Part shown: one piece after another, positions 31,273-49,644 of the stretch | Position numbering within the stretch: the stretch's first letter is position 1 | Layout of the letters: every line of letters begins with the position of its first letter | Position numbers and translations under genes: made by a program | Source: the human T2T-CHM13v2.0 reference genome, Homo sapiens | Reading direction: 5' to 3' (one strand) | NCBI RefSeq assembly: GCF_009914755.1 | Contig: NC_060938.1 | Length of the DNA: 64,000 nucleotides | The notes under the pieces: model-generated | The model's database searches: none | What the model was told of the DNA's origin: nothing | What the model saw: the letters and a program-made list of their open reading frames with translations, nothing else

Positions 31273-33789
31273 CTGTGTTCATAGTAGCATTATTCACAAT
31301 AGCTAAAAGGTGGAAGCAATCCAAATGTTCATTGACAGGTGAATGGATAAACAAAATGTAGTAGATACATGCAATGGAATATTATTCAGCCTTTACAAAG
31401 GAAGGAAAATCTGACACACAACCTTGTGGGACATTATGCTAAGTGAAATAAGCCAGTCACAAAAAAACACTACGTAATTCCACTTATGTGAGGTAATCAG
31501 AGTAGTCAAATTCATAGAGACAGAAAGTAGAATGGGGGTTGGGAGGAATGGGGGAGTATTGTTTAATGGTTACAGAGTTTCAGTTTGGCAAGTTGAAAAA
31601 GTTCTGGAGATTGGTTGCACAGTGATGCAAACACACTTAATGCCACACTAAACTGTACACTTAAAAATGGTTGAGATGGTAAGTGTTATGTATATTTCAC
31701 AATTTTAAAGTGGGGGAAGGTGACTTTTATTTTATGTGAATTATATCTCAAGTTTTTAAAAGTTATATGGGAAAAGAAGAAAAAAGAAAACAAAACCTAT
31801 CTAGGAAGCCCAGAAGATTTGACAGTCTATTATAGGCCTGCTCCTAATCAAAGGCCTTTTTTTAATGTGTAGTGATTTTATATTCCACTTTCCTCAATTC
31901 ATGAATAAGTCCCTTCTAACTCTCCTCTTCCCTTTATTATTTCGCAAAATAGATTGGAAATAACCTCCTGATCCTCCTCAGTACTTATGTTAACATCTGG
32001 GACCCTACCAAAGGTTCACATCTATTTCTTAAGATTTTGATATTATCATAATAAGTAAATATTTATTATGTAAACCAATGTGCTAGACCCTGGGTGTCAA
32101 AAATACATAAGCTCCTCTCATGGCACTTACAATCTGACTAGAGAGACAAGGCAAATGTATAAAAAGTTTGATCACAGTACAAGAGAGCATGTACTGATCC
32201 ACTTGAGGAGCATAGAAGTTGACAGAAATGAGAGATTACAGTAGGCTAAAGGTGTTTGGAAAAAGTCTTATAAAAAAAGTGGGATATAAACGAACAACAA
32301 CAACAACAAATCCTACATATCAACAGTGGCAAGTTGGTTTCCTTCTTGCTGTAAGATTCCATGTAAAATGTAGTATTTTATATAGCAGTTGCTATTTGAT
32401 TAACCTGCAAAAATTATTTTTTTCTCATATTCATTTCCCTTGTTAGTATCCCAGTTTGTTAGGTTAGACAGAAAAAAAAAATTGCTTGATTGTCTATTCC
32501 TCCACATATAGATCAGTATGTTAAGGGGGCTAAGTAACTTTACATCATAATTTGGCCACTGGGCCATGCAACAGCCTGTCTAGCTTTACCCTGCTAAGCC
32601 TAGAAGTGGCAACAAAGAGATAAGAAAGCCACCATCAAGTGTCTGTGGCCTAGTATGAATTTGACCTGCACCTTGACAATGATTTTGATTTCAGCTTTCC
32701 ATGGTGAATGGATTTACTACCTATCAGAGTCACAAAAACCCTTAATTTTTAAAATATTTTGGGGTTTTTCTTCTACATGTTAAATGTTAACTTCCTGTGA
32801 CAGGCGGTGATGATTTCTGAATTTTCAGTGGGCACAACTCGTTATTGAAGCACTGAAGTAGTTGGTTACTATTGCAGCTAATTCTTATTTAAATGAGCAA
32901 GAGTTCTTTGGAAAGATTAGGCAGCATGGTTTTAATAATTCACAGCAACACTGATGTATATCAGTTTTGGCTTGGCAGGCTTTGACCCAGGGCCGTGCAG
33001 TGTTTTATAACCCTCAGCTACATAAGGACACATACTTATAGCATCACTTTTGTAGTGGATATTTTTATAACTCTACAAAACGATTAGACTGACGTAAAGC
33101 AATTCTCTAAATTCATAGGTATTAAAATATTCTGGCAGCTGTCTCCTTTTTGCCTTTAAGTTGAGACATCATGATGAGATAAGACTGCACCAGGCCTGAT
33201 CGGTACATGAATGAGGTTATGCGTGGTATTCTCACATTATTGACAAGGGTCTTTGTCACTATAAATAGGAGAAATCTTTGGGGAGGGGTTGCCATTATAG
33301 TAATTCCGATTCAATTCCAGCAATATTCTTGTTTTTCATAAACTTTTTTCCTTCAAAACACATTCCATGCAATCAGATAAGAAAGAATGATATAAAAATG
33401 CCTTTGAATTCTAACTAAAATAATTTAGCTTATAGTTGAAATATATAATATCTTTATCTGGGAGTCTGAGGTATTGATTAGGGTTAGAGAATGTTTAGGA
33501 GAACCTGGATGAAAGAAACCTACTGGTAAATTGGCTGTAGGCTACAGTGACATGGGATACAGACTCTTCTGTTTGCAAAATAGTCTTCTACCAACTCGTG
33601 GATTCCAGGTCATAGTCCTCAAGGGGGACCAAGAGTCTGGAAAGGTCTTGTGTTACCATCTTAGCAGCTCTCTAACCTCTCTTTCCCTAAGTGCTTCTTA
33701 CTGCTTCTAAGTGTCTCAAATTCTTTTAACTGAGAACAATTTATAGTTAAAAGATTGTCCCCCTGCTGAGAAATAGGAGGCTTTAAATG

Positions 33790-34415
33790 GCAAGTGATTA
33801 TCAGTACAACCATTTTGGAAAACTTAGGCGGTATCTACTAAAACTGATCATACCTCTACCCTATGCCTCAGTAATTTTTATGCTATGTACCCTAGAAATA
33901 GGTATGCATGCATTTGTGTGCCGAAAGATAAAGATACATACAAAAATGTTTGGAGCAGCAGTATTTATAATTGACCCAAACTAGAAACAACCTCAAATCA
34001 ATTGGCAGTAGAATGAATAAATAATGCAAAAATTTATTATTGATAAAGAACATAGTAGAATACTGTATAGCCATGAAAATGAACCAGCTCTTGCTACATG
34101 CAACAACATGAATGAATCTCAAGAATATATATAACATTGAATGATGAAGCTAGACACAAAAGAGTTTATATTGTACAGTTTCATTTCTATAAAGTTCAGA
34201 AACATGCAGAGCTAATCCATGGTGATACAAATCCAAATAATGGTTGCATTGGGGCTATGATGATGGCTGGGAGGGGGCCTGAGGAAGAGGCTTCTGCAGT
34301 GGTGGTAATGATTCTCTATGTACCTATATGTGGTTGTTACACAGTATATTTATGATTTGTACATTTTTCTGTTCATATGTTATACTTTTTTAAATTAACT
34401 AAAAAAAATTTAAAG
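33790..34415 (+). mobile_element. L1ME 3' fragment
   Basis: tacatgcaacaacatgaatgaatctcaag; ccaaactagaaacaacctcaaat. Confidence 0.75.
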
Positions 34416-34852
34416 ACAAATAGTGACTGAGATAAAAATGAAAATGAATACACTCTAAGGGCTAATAGCCAGTCTGACCTTAAATTGAAGTGGTAGCACT
34501 TAAAGCCTTTCTGGTTTGATATGGGAAGCTCATGAAAAAAGGATATTGAGCATCAGTAGTTTTCCAGCCAGTTAGGAAAAGATGTTGAAGATGAAGGAAA
34601 CCAACCCTCCCGCCCCCCTGCTCCAAGCTCCAGATTTCAAAATATTTCTTGAGCAGGCCTTATATAATGGGATACGAGTAGCTGGAATTGTTTTCGAAGA
34701 TATATTTGTCATGGGCAGCTATGAATGTACACAACCTTTTCTGCCTTAGAGGTTTGTTTTTTAATATAAACCTCCTTAAAATACAATTTTTATACCCAGA
34801 GAGTCATTAATTGAGGTCACCGGCATAGAGAAAGGGTGGTGATGAATGTGAT

Positions 34853-34866
34853 TCAGTAGATGGCAG
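34853..34866 (+). promoter_or_regulatory. Candidate CTCF core motif
   Basis: tcagtagatggcag matches CCASYAGRKGGCRS at 13/14 positions; motif only, no binding data. Confidence 0.35.
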
Positions 34867-35499
34867 TATTCCCTTTGAAGTTTTTAGTTAAAATGTGGGT
34901 GTACTGGGGTAGCAACTTTTTTCGGTGGGAATGAAGAAAAGTCACATACTGGGATAATTAGACCAGAAAGAACATTTTATTATTTTTTTCCATTTGTGGT
35001 ATTACTATTGTGAATGAAGCAATAATAACCACAACATACAGAGTAAGAGGAAGTTTGTTTAATGTAGTATTCCTTTAAGTGGGAATTATTGGATAGAACC
35101 CTTGGAAAGGATTTGGCCAGTGTCTTTTTTTCCTGTCATATATTTAGGAAGATTGAGATAATGACTAACTGCTTTATACAAAGATGTCAGTGAAATTTAT
35201 TAATGAGGTGATTAGGATGCAGTTGAGCAGAAATTAAAAGAAAAAAGTGATTGACCAGTCTGTTTTTGCTGGTTATTTTAATATAAATCAAATGCTATTT
35301 GAATAGATTCTCTTTTTTAATGTTGAAATTGTCTTATAATAGTAGTGCTTGGTGGGCTTTAAGACTCTTTGCCATACGGGGGTTTTAATTTTAAGGAATT
35401 TGACATCGATTATAGTAACATGCCATAGAAGTCAAGAGTTATCAGCCAGTTAAAAGGACGAAACATGGCTATCGTGCAGAACAAGAGATCAATTAACAA

Positions 35500-36048
<549 letters not shown>

Positions 36049-36149
36049 CTACATTGTTTTTATTTCAATTAACTTTTGTTTCCTCCTGTTCTGCCTATAG
36101 TCATCAGGTGCTTGCTAAGAAACATTGATAATCATTGCTTCAATAGCCA

Positions 36150-36350
36150 TCATTATGAGTACCTACTAATAGGTACTTCATTCACTAAGTGCTTTAGGTA
36201 CATAGTCTCTAAAGCTTCACAACAGCCCTGTAAGTTGGAACATTGTCGCCATTTTACAGTTGGCAAAGGTCTGGACTAGCCCAAGAGCTGTGAATCAATC
36301 CAAGCCATCTGACTCCATAGCCTTTGCTTTTAGTTTATTATGCTATGCCT
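36150..36350 (-). mobile_element. MIR
   Basis: cttcacaacagccctgtaag...cattttacag. Confidence 0.6.
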
Positions 36351-36407
36351 GCCATTATGCACTTGAGTTTTGACTTTTCTGTATCTAGTATTTTAGAAGC
36401 CAGGGCC

Positions 36408-36710
36408 AGCTGGGCGCAGTGGCTTACGCCTGTAATCCCAGCACTTTGCAAGGCCAAGGCAGGCAGATCACAAGGTCAGGAGTTCGAGACCAGCCTGGCC
36501 AACACAATGAAACCCCATCTCTACTAAAAATACAAAAATTAGCTGGGCGTGGTGGCACATGCCTGTAATCCCAGCTACTCAGGTGGCTGAGGCAGGAGAA
36601 TTGCTTGAACCTGGGAGGCAGAGGTTGCAGTGAGCTGAGATCGCACCACTGCCCTCCAGCTGGGGCAACAAAGCAAGACTCTGTCTCAAAAAAAAAAAAA
36701 AAAAAAAAAA
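36408..36710 (+). mobile_element. AluSg-like
   Basis: Full dimer; TSD aagccagggcca / aagccaggacca. Confidence 0.94.
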
Positions 36711-37276
36711 GCCAGGACCATAGATAGTATTTTTATGTATCAGATACTTAAATGAAAGACACTGAGCCTTAGTGGAAAAATTTATTATTATATTTCCCTT
36801 TGGAGTTAACAGAATCCTAGTGCGTGCAATTACTAATTTGGGAGTGGGAGGAGTTGTGCTCCTGACCTGAGCCTACATTTTATCATTACCAGAGCACATG
36901 CAGATTGTTTCTTGAAGATTCAGACAAGGAGAGGAACACAGTAAAGGATGTAAAGAATGTTAATGTCTGGTTTGAGGATATGTTATAATTTTATTTGCAG
37001 ATACCCCTCCCAACTATATTTTAATGTTAGAACTAGTTTTTTCTTTGTGTGTGTATGCTTTATGGCGGTTTCCCATTCATTGTAATAGTCATTGATATTT
37101 TGCATGGGGTTATCTTCTAGAGAATACATTTAAAACTGGTAACTAAATATGCTGATAACTAAATACATTTTTGCTATTCATATTAGGTTAAAAATAAATA
37201 AGTATATATGAACATTTTCATTTATAAACATGTTGTCTTTTAATATTCCAAAAATATTGTTTTTAATGGAAAATGA

Positions 37277-37641
<365 letters not shown>

Positions 37642-37669
37642 TGATTTAGTTTGTAAATTGTCACTAGTT

Positions 37670-38050
37670 GTTTTTCAATAAGTTGTAAATTTTAGAATAT
37701 TTTTAAATTTACAGGAAAATTAAGAAGGAGCGTTCGCATATAACCCACATGGAATTTCCCCTGTTGTCGTTAGTGTGGTACATTTATTACAGTTAATGAA
37801 CCAATAAAGTCCATACTTTATTCACATTTCCTTAGCTTTTCCTTAATGTTTTTTTTTTTCTGTTCCAGGTCCCATCTAGGATACTGTATTACATTTAGTT
37901 CTCATGTCTCCTTAGGCTTATGTTGGCATGACAGTTTCTCAGACTTTCCTTGTTTTTTGATAGCCATGACAGTTTTAAAGAGTACAGTCAGGCACATTGT
38001 AGAATGTCCCTCAGTTGGGATTTGTCTGATGTATTTTTCATAATTATGGT
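37670..38050 (-). mobile_element. L1MC 3' end fragment
   Basis: tgttccaggtcccatctaggatac...cagtttctcagactttccttg. Confidence 0.75.
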
Positions 38051-40234
38051 TTGCCTTTCACTACATAAACCAGGCTATATGTGGAGGTTGTTCTTAATCA
38101 TAATGAGCTCTATAAGGAAGGCAGATTAGGATTTTAAAATATTGGCTGTGGTTAACCAAAGATAAACATTAACATCATTCTTTGTTGGATCTGAAACACT
38201 GGCTACATTTTTTATATTTTATCATTTTTCCGAAGCAGCCAGTCCTAATTCTGGCTAGAAGTAAGAGTCTAGGTTATATGATCTGCTCATATCCCTGAAA
38301 CAGTTTCTTTCCTAATTGCACCTATTGGGGCAGTTGGGATGGGTTTTAATGTTACTCCTAAGAGCTTTATTTAATCTGTATTGGCCTTTTAATTAGTAAT
38401 GGGCAATTTTGGGTGAATTGCTAATTGATTAGAGTTGCGGAAATTATCCACAAAGCTGTTTTGTCCCTGCAGCCTAGAAGACGTAAGATTAAAACAGGAT
38501 CGGGTTTAGTTACTAGTGTAAGATGAATGCTTGAAAAGTATTATTTTAGTGGCTTTGGTTTGTGTTCCGGCCTGGTGTTGGTTTTAACTCTGCTAAGAAT
38601 TATTGTCTTTTAACTCACTGAGGTCCTCAATTCTACTCCATTAAGGGCCACTTTTCTGCCAATCAAAAAGCAGCATCCCTGAGATTGATTTTTGTTACAG
38701 TGGGTAGTAATGGCTGCCTAGTGACAACATTTCAAACTCTTTTATGTAAACAGAAAGCAATCAAATAAGTACTAATCCAAGGATTATGTGGACCCAAATC
38801 CTGTGGCCAAAAGAATCTCTGCAGTGTATGTCTCTGGCTCTTTGCCTTCTAGTGCCAAGCAGCCCCTCTTCTTCCTGGAAAGCTTGCTTGTTGCTTGTGC
38901 TGCCTGTTAGATTTCAGTGTGCTAAAACCAAAACACTCCTGCAGCTCCTGAATGAAATTCAAAAAGACACTTACATTTCCATAAATAAATTAGGAATTCA
39001 GTGGTTTCTTTGGGCTAATCAGGGCAGGCTGATAAACCTTGCTAGCTGTTTAATAAATGAATTGTGACCTATTAATATGGACGCCTCAGGAATTCACCCT
39101 GGTGGAAGCAGAGCAGTGAAATAGAGAGGGGCATGGCCCCTTGGGAAATCAGGGCTTCATGTTTGCAGCTTAAATATCTCTGTGAAGTATCAATAAGGAG
39201 GTAATTGAATTTTGAACACAAACATGAGCGCCGGATGGATGAAAGGGGGTGGGGGATCTGATCGTCTCTTCTCTGCCCCTTCATTCTCCCCTCCCCTTTT
39301 CCTTGGAGACCACTCTAGTAAAGATAGATGCTAAATCCATTAAATAAAGATTAGACTCGGTCGTAGTAGAAAATGGCAGCTTAGCTAGATCCCCAGGCAA
39401 ATTGGAGCCTTTTGCAATACAGAAAATTAAAATATACATTTTTAACAAGTGTGCTATCTTCCTAGCAATAATGCTAGGCTAGCTTGTGGGGTTTACTCCT
39501 CCTTCAGATTGGCTTTTGTTTGGGCAGATCACTTTCTCTTGTATTAATGCCAATCTTTTCTGTATTCCTGGAACAGAAGGGACTGGGTTTATTTATTTAT
39601 TTTTAAAGCTTCTGTTGAGGCCTTTCCTCTAGCATCCTGCTTGCTTGTAATCAGAAGAGTGGGAAGGAGATTAGTGTCCCATGAATTGACGGTAGATAAA
39701 TGTTCCCTCCCCTTCACTGGTGGGTCCAGAAGAGCCCAATCACTTGTATTTCAGGGATGACTGGAGACTGTACAGCCAAGCAAGAAAAGGGCTTACAGAT
39801 TGAAATAAACATTGATGTTTTAGATGCAATTTTACTTGGCTTTATTTCCTGTAGATAAGGTTATTGATTTGCTTTGTCCTCCTATTTTAAGCCAGGTAAA
39901 GTCATATTAATGTAAGAAAAAAGAATTGGCATTATTTGGTTACAGATCATAATACTCCTTTTTTAGCAATAGCAGAAAACAAACATCAAGCCTTAAATGC
40001 TTTTGTTATGTTGATGCGAATGCCCAGTATTGTTTTTTTTAGACTAACCCTTTTTTACATGTCAATCTACAATTCTAATAACCCTTTCCTATAGTCAGTC
40101 TGTCTATCAACAAGTATAAATTGAGCATCTGTTAGGTGTGTAGCATGGTCAATGGTGAGAAAAGTCTATCCTCTACTACCACAGTTACTTCTTTTCTTTG
40201 TTTTTTATGGTTTTGTTTTTTGTTTGCTTTCATT

Positions 40235-41125
<891 letters not shown>

Positions 41126-41191
41126 ACCACAGATACTTCTTTGAAAACAAAGTGAATCATGGCATACTCCTGCTATATATATATATATATA

Positions 41192-41445
41192 TTTTTAATT
41201 AATTTATTTATTTTAGAGACAGGTTCTCACTCTGTCACTCAGGCTGGAGTGCAGTGGTGTGAACTTGGCCCACCTCAGCTTCGACCTCCTGGACTGAAGG
41301 GATCCTCCCACCTTAGCCTCCCAAGTACCTGGGACTACTCACCACCACACCTGGCTCATTTTTTGATATTTTTTTTTTCTGTGGAGATGGGATTGCTCTG
41401 TGCTGCCCAGGCTGGGATTACAGGGATGAGCCACCATGCTCAGCA
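41192..41445 (-). mobile_element. AluJ with internal deletion, preceded by (TA)n
   Basis: Left arm jumps gcccaggctgg|gattacagg; TSD gcatactcctgct. Confidence 0.88.
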
Positions 41446-41854
41446 TACTCCTGCTTATCAAAGTTCTATGTCTCCTTGGGTCCTACAAGATAACATTCAA
41501 ATTCTCAGGCTTTCACAAAGTGCCTTCCTGACACTGATCCAGGCTTTCCGTAGTGTCATCATTCTATGGGATCTACACCTGAGGCTCTGGGGATTTCCTA
41601 TGGAAGAACAAATGTGGAACTTCTTGGTCTCAGATTAAGGGCTTTGTGCATCATTTGCCAGATGGTGTTTCAAATGTTCACAATTCTTTCTTTCAACTTC
41701 AGGGGTATATTGTTGTTCAGATTTTCAACAATTTGCCCTTATGACATTCACTTTATAATTTAACTTTGTTTGCAGCAATGGAGGAAACCTTTCTTGTTAA
41801 GACAATTAAGGTGTCTATGCTTTCTATCATCACTGCTATATATATATATATATA

Positions 41855-42513
<659 letters not shown>

Positions 42514-43280
42514 TAAGTTATTTATTTCTAGAGATCAGAAATCGAATTTATTTAACTCTATCACCACAGTTCACAAATGGCCCTTAATAATTTTGAATGC
42601 TATTACTCAAAGCCAAATAACACAAAATTTCAGAATTTTCTTGCAACTTCTTATGTTGCAAGTTACATTGATGTTATATCCAGATGGTTATAATTTTCCT
42701 CCCAGGTCTCTCTAATCTCTGCTTCTAACTGTATTGCTGGGCCTCAGAGCTCTTTCCAACACAGGGTTCCTGGGGCCACAGGAGACAAACATTTAAAGGC
42801 TCTGTATTCCTAGTGGTTGGGTCTTAACTATTATAAACTACATGTTTTAAATCTAATTTAACATTAGCAGATTAATGCAAGTGAAATATATTTTCTTATT
42901 TGTATTAATTATATTCAGTATAGAGTGTATCTTTTTATTTAATTACAAGATTTAATACCAGAAATTCTGAGATTAAAAAAAAATCTTACCCAAGTTCTCC
43001 CTACAATTTTTAAATAAAATAGTGTCATTGGCTTTATTCTTTTAAGAGAAGATCTCTTGGTAATTCTCTTTCCTAAAGCTTTCTGGTGATCTTAGCATAA
43101 CCTTCATTCAGCAAAATATCTCCTGCCTGCCTTTGTATATACGTAACAGAGTACCATTAGAATTATCTGCAGTATAATGTTACTACTTACACAATTACTG
43201 ATTTAAGTTTCTGTACATGTGTGGATAAATGCTCAAATTGTTTGTCTTGTCCAGGCAGATTCTGTAGCCATGGTTCTTAA

Positions 43281-43609
<329 letters not shown>

Positions 43610-43760
43610 TACAGCTGTCTTTATGAAGTGCTATGACAAACATACCATACAGCAAGCGTTCTCAACTTTGGCACCATTATGAAATTGTGTTTGTGTGTGT
43701 ACATGTATAATTTTCAGCAGAGAGTTTCTATGACTTTTATCAGATTTTTTAAGAGATCTC

Positions 43761-44038
43761 TGTTATGGATTGAATTTTGTCCCCTGAAAAAGATATGTTG
43801 GAGTCCTCTTCCTTATTTGGAGATAGGCTCTTTACAGAGGTAATTAAGTTAAAATGAGGTCATTGTGTGGGGCCTCATCCCAATATGGCTGAAGTCTTTA
43901 TACAAAGGAAAAGTTTGGACATGGAGACAGACATGCATAGAGGGAAGACAGTGAAAAGAGACACAGGGAGAAGATGCCATCTACAAGCCAAAGAGAGAGG
44001 CCTGGAACAGAGCTTTGCCTCACAGCCCTCAGAAGGAA
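43761..44038 (+). mobile_element. MLT1B-like MaLR LTR (partial)
   Basis: tgttatggattgaattttgtcccc; ccatctacaagccaaagagagaggcctggaacaga. Confidence 0.85.
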
Positions 44039-44887
44039 TGGACAATTCTAGCATTAGCTCAAGCTGCTGTATGATGTACTTGTGTGAAGGATTATTTATG
44101 GGCCCAAATACCCTTCTCTCTATAGGAGTTTATAATCTCTATAGACTAAAAGGAATTAGGTCCCCAAGGTTGCTGCTGTTCTTAGCCTAGATTTAAAAAC
44201 CTTTAATTTTTCACTATTTTATGTAGTTCCATATGCATATGGAGATTTCATGATCATTAGGTGAAAATTACTCTTTAAATTAATTATTCATAGTAAAGGG
44301 AAAGGGTTTGCCTTTTGAAAAAAGTATATCTTTTCCATTTTTCTAAGTCTTCTACAGTTTAGGCCATACCGGTTTTCAGAAATCCCTTCTAGTTAAAGTC
44401 TACTAAACACTAACTAACTTACTCTTTACTTTCTCAAGCACTAATGGAAATACTGGATTATAACCAATCTAATACTCTCTGGGCATTTCTACTAGACACT
44501 TTGCTCAGTGTGATTTAAGGCAGTTTATAATCACTCCTTGTGGTCTTGAGGCCAGTTTTCAATTCATGAGACTCATATATCCTAGCTAGTTTTAATTAAT
44601 TTTGCAAGGAAGATGCCAGGAGAAGCAATATTAAATGCTTTCTTATAATCAGGTTATTTCATCTTTTGTGTTCTCGTCAGCCACTAATCTTGTAATTTTA
44701 TCTTAACAAAATACAGAACTTGCTTTGACATAGTTTGTTCTTTACTCATCATGTTTTTCAGTACATAGAACTTATGGTTTGGGTAACCTTATATTCATGA
44801 TTGTCTTAACATTAGGATTTGGGGATAGACCTTAATTAGTATCACATTGTGTTTCATATATTTGGTCTTTTAGGGTAATCATATTAG

Positions 44888-45225
<338 letters not shown>

Positions 45226-45299
45226 GAACAGGGAAAATTTAAAATAAAAAATGTTAATTAGGTGAAAGGTGGTTAACTTCTGAAAGGAAAAGAAGAGTC

Positions 45300-45785
45300 A
45301 ACGGTGTACAGAGGTAGCAGAAAGCTGCTAACCCCTAGGACTGAAGGAGAGTCAACAGAGGAACTTAGTGGAGGTCCCCACAAGGCTGAGGTTCAGCCCT
45401 CTGAAGGGAAAACACATGGCCACGGGAACACTCTGCCGGTGCATTGCCGGAGCAGCCCACCTGATGGCAGTGAAGAATCTTTGGGGGAGGGAGCCCCACC
45501 ACTGAACTGTAAGGACTGCCATTGCCAAGGTGAACATAGCTGAGACCCTGCACGCCAACCTGCTTGTCGCTGCACAGAAGAGCCACACGGTGCAAGAAGG
45601 AAGAAAAGGCCTTTTTCCTGCCTCAGCTTTGCAGCCTCCCTCCAGTGCCCTTTATTGGCAAAGCAAAGCACCACGCTAAGTGACAGAGAAGAAATGTAGC
45701 CTGCTGTTGGGTCCAACTCCAGTATCACAAAGCAGGGCAAAGGGTGAGTTAGGAAGCGAGAGACAGTAAATGGATAACTGGCACA
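45300..45785 (-). mobile_element. Ancient ERVL-type LTR (subfamily uncertain)
   Basis: GC-richer block ending ctccagtatcacaaagcagggc...ataactggcaca (reverse complement of tgtgccagttat). Confidence 0.5.
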
Positions 45786-45950
45786 GTGAGTAAAATTTTT
45801 GTGTAACTTTAAATATTACAAGTTAACTTTATTTTGCATCATGGGGTTGATAACTATCATTCAATTAACAGGTTTTAACAAAATTTTCAAAAATAAAAAA
45901 TCTGACAGTAATTGGAAGATAACAAAGCATAAGTGTGAATAAAAAATTGC

Positions 45951-46233
45951 CGCCTGTAATCCCAGCACTTTGGGAGGCTGAGGTGGACAGATCATTTGAG
46001 ATCAGGAGTTTGAGACTAGTGTGGCCAATGTGGTGAAATCTCGTCTCTACTAAAAATACAAAAATTAGCTGGGCTTGGTGGTGCACACCTGTAATCCCAG
46101 CTGCTTGGGAGGCTGGGGCAGGAGAATCGCTTGAAACCAGGAGATGTAGGTTGCAGTGAGAGGAAATCGCCACTGTACTCCAGCCTGAGCAACAAAGCAA
46201 GACTCCATCTCACAAAAAAAAAAAAAAAAAAAA
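45951..46233 (+). mobile_element. AluS, slightly 5'-truncated
   Basis: Begins at cgcctgtaat; TSD aaaattgc / aagattgc. Confidence 0.92.
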
Positions 46234-46264
46234 GATTGCTCTCCCACCCTCTTAGCCACATTGA

Positions 46265-46456
<192 letters not shown>

Positions 46457-46786
46457 TAATTTTCTCTTCTAATCATTTCATTTTTCTTGAATTGTTATAT
46501 TCTCTCCCAACTTTTCTTTTTTTAACGACATTGAGCTCTCCTCTTCCTGTCTTCCATTAGCACCTTTCCTAACAACCTTATTTGTTCTTCAATTGTTATT
46601 TATGCTTGTCTTCTCAGCTAAATTGTAAGGCCCTTGTAGTGAACTCAGGGACTGTGCTTTATATTACTTCTGTATATTACAGAATAGGACTATACGAATG
46701 CATGTTGAATAGATGGAATCATTTTATATTTACAATTAAGTAAGAAAATGGAAACATAGCCATCAAAGCAGTCAAGGAACAGGTAG

Positions 46787-47119
<333 letters not shown>

Positions 47120-47720
47120 TCCGTTGCTACTTTTTCAGAAGCTATTAATAGTCTGCCAGTTGTCTCTCGCTCTCTAGAAAGAATATAGCTAACATTAGAA
47201 ATGTAAAAACAAAACCAAGGTAGGAGTGGGGGGGATGACAAAACAGTTATAATCATGGAAAAAGCTAAAGACATCTGAAGTGAAAAATAAATGTGGAGGG
47301 CACTTTAAGGTTAATGATGGTTTTAATGTACACTCTGGCTTTTCTTTCGAAACCCTACTAAAACAATTTTTTTAAAAAATATAAGAGCCCTCAAGGAGAG
47401 AACAAGAGAGATGACAACAGCAGCAAGATTTTGGAAGGTGGAAAGTATGTGAATTTAGCAAGCCTATGAAAAATAATACAAAGTGAGGAAAGCCAAGAAC
47501 CAAGGCAGTTCACGAAACTTCAAAGGCTGAAGATTGGTGGTACAGGTGAAGGAGGAGATGGCTTAAATAAGGAGGATTAAAGTGTATTTAGGAGTCACAT
47601 ACCTATATCACCTGCTTTATTCTCTCCCACAAAAGACTGGAGCTTTATTCTCTAAAGTTAAAACACAATGGTTACTCAACCGGTGGATACTAGACCAGTG
47701 GAAGATGGGGTCTGTACTGA

Positions 47721-48018
<298 letters not shown>

Positions 48019-48019
48019 G

Positions 48020-48337
<318 letters not shown>

Positions 48338-49242
48338 TAGCAAATTATGCACGCATTATATGCTGAGGCCATCTCTCCCTCCACACCCAGGCCTTCACTC
48401 TCCGGTCAGGAAATTAGAAGAGACTAATCTGGGGAATCCGATCAGCCCAAGAAGAATAAAGGCACTGACACTGGAAGTTCTACAACTAAACAGCCTGATC
48501 ACACTGTAGCAAAGCTTACAGTCAACAAGCCTAGCTCCTACTTGAGTTTTCAAGCAGCTTTTTAGTCTCCTATTCTTACATAGGAAAAGAAATTACCAAT
48601 GTTTGAGAAAAGCCCCTAAAATGAAAAATAAGGACTGAAGGCAATGAATGGAAGGCACCTTGGAGAAAACAGAATATGCCTTCAAGAAGGTAAAATTGAT
48701 AAATCGCATGATTTACCACGTTTCAATATCTTAAGTTTAGACAGCAGACAGACATAGTCGATTCTGTGGTTGATTTAGAGATAAGTACAGAGAAAACCAA
48801 GCAAACTGAAAAACTCAGGGAAAACAAAAAAAAATGTGCAAGTAAGGAAAAGTAATCATAGTTAATAATATGCCTTAGCTATAAATAGTATTTGTATAAT
48901 CATAATAATGTAGAAACTGAATGTTAATTTAAGTTACCATGTATAACCCTGAGAAGATAGGAGATAGGATGCATGTCATGTGTATTATGAGGAATTAAGG
49001 TGGGAAGGGGGAAAAAAAGAGTCAAGTTATCACTTCCTGTATTGGGGGAAGTCAATAGAAAATGCCTCAAATTGAAAAATCAGGAGGTAGCAATACAGGC
49101 ACTTTTTTTTTCATTCCTTTGGTTCATTCCTAGGAATACAGGCATATTATTTAGTCATTTAAGACATAAAGGTAATATAAAAGAATCAGCTAAACAGAGT
49201 GAAAGTGATTGCCATGGGAAGGAGTTAATGGAGAATTACAGG

Positions 49243-49581
<339 letters not shown>

Positions 49582-49644
49582 TAGCCTTGTTTCCAAAAAT
49601 GTTGCAATATCCAGTCTCTGTCCCTCCGATTACCTATTTCACCA

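Noticed and set aside
42640-42662. 8-bp inverted repeat cttgcaac / gttgcaag
   Set aside because: Too short to exceed chance expectation.
44228-44243. Perfect 16-bp palindrome tccatatgcatatgga
   Set aside because: About one such palindrome is expected by chance in 64 kb.
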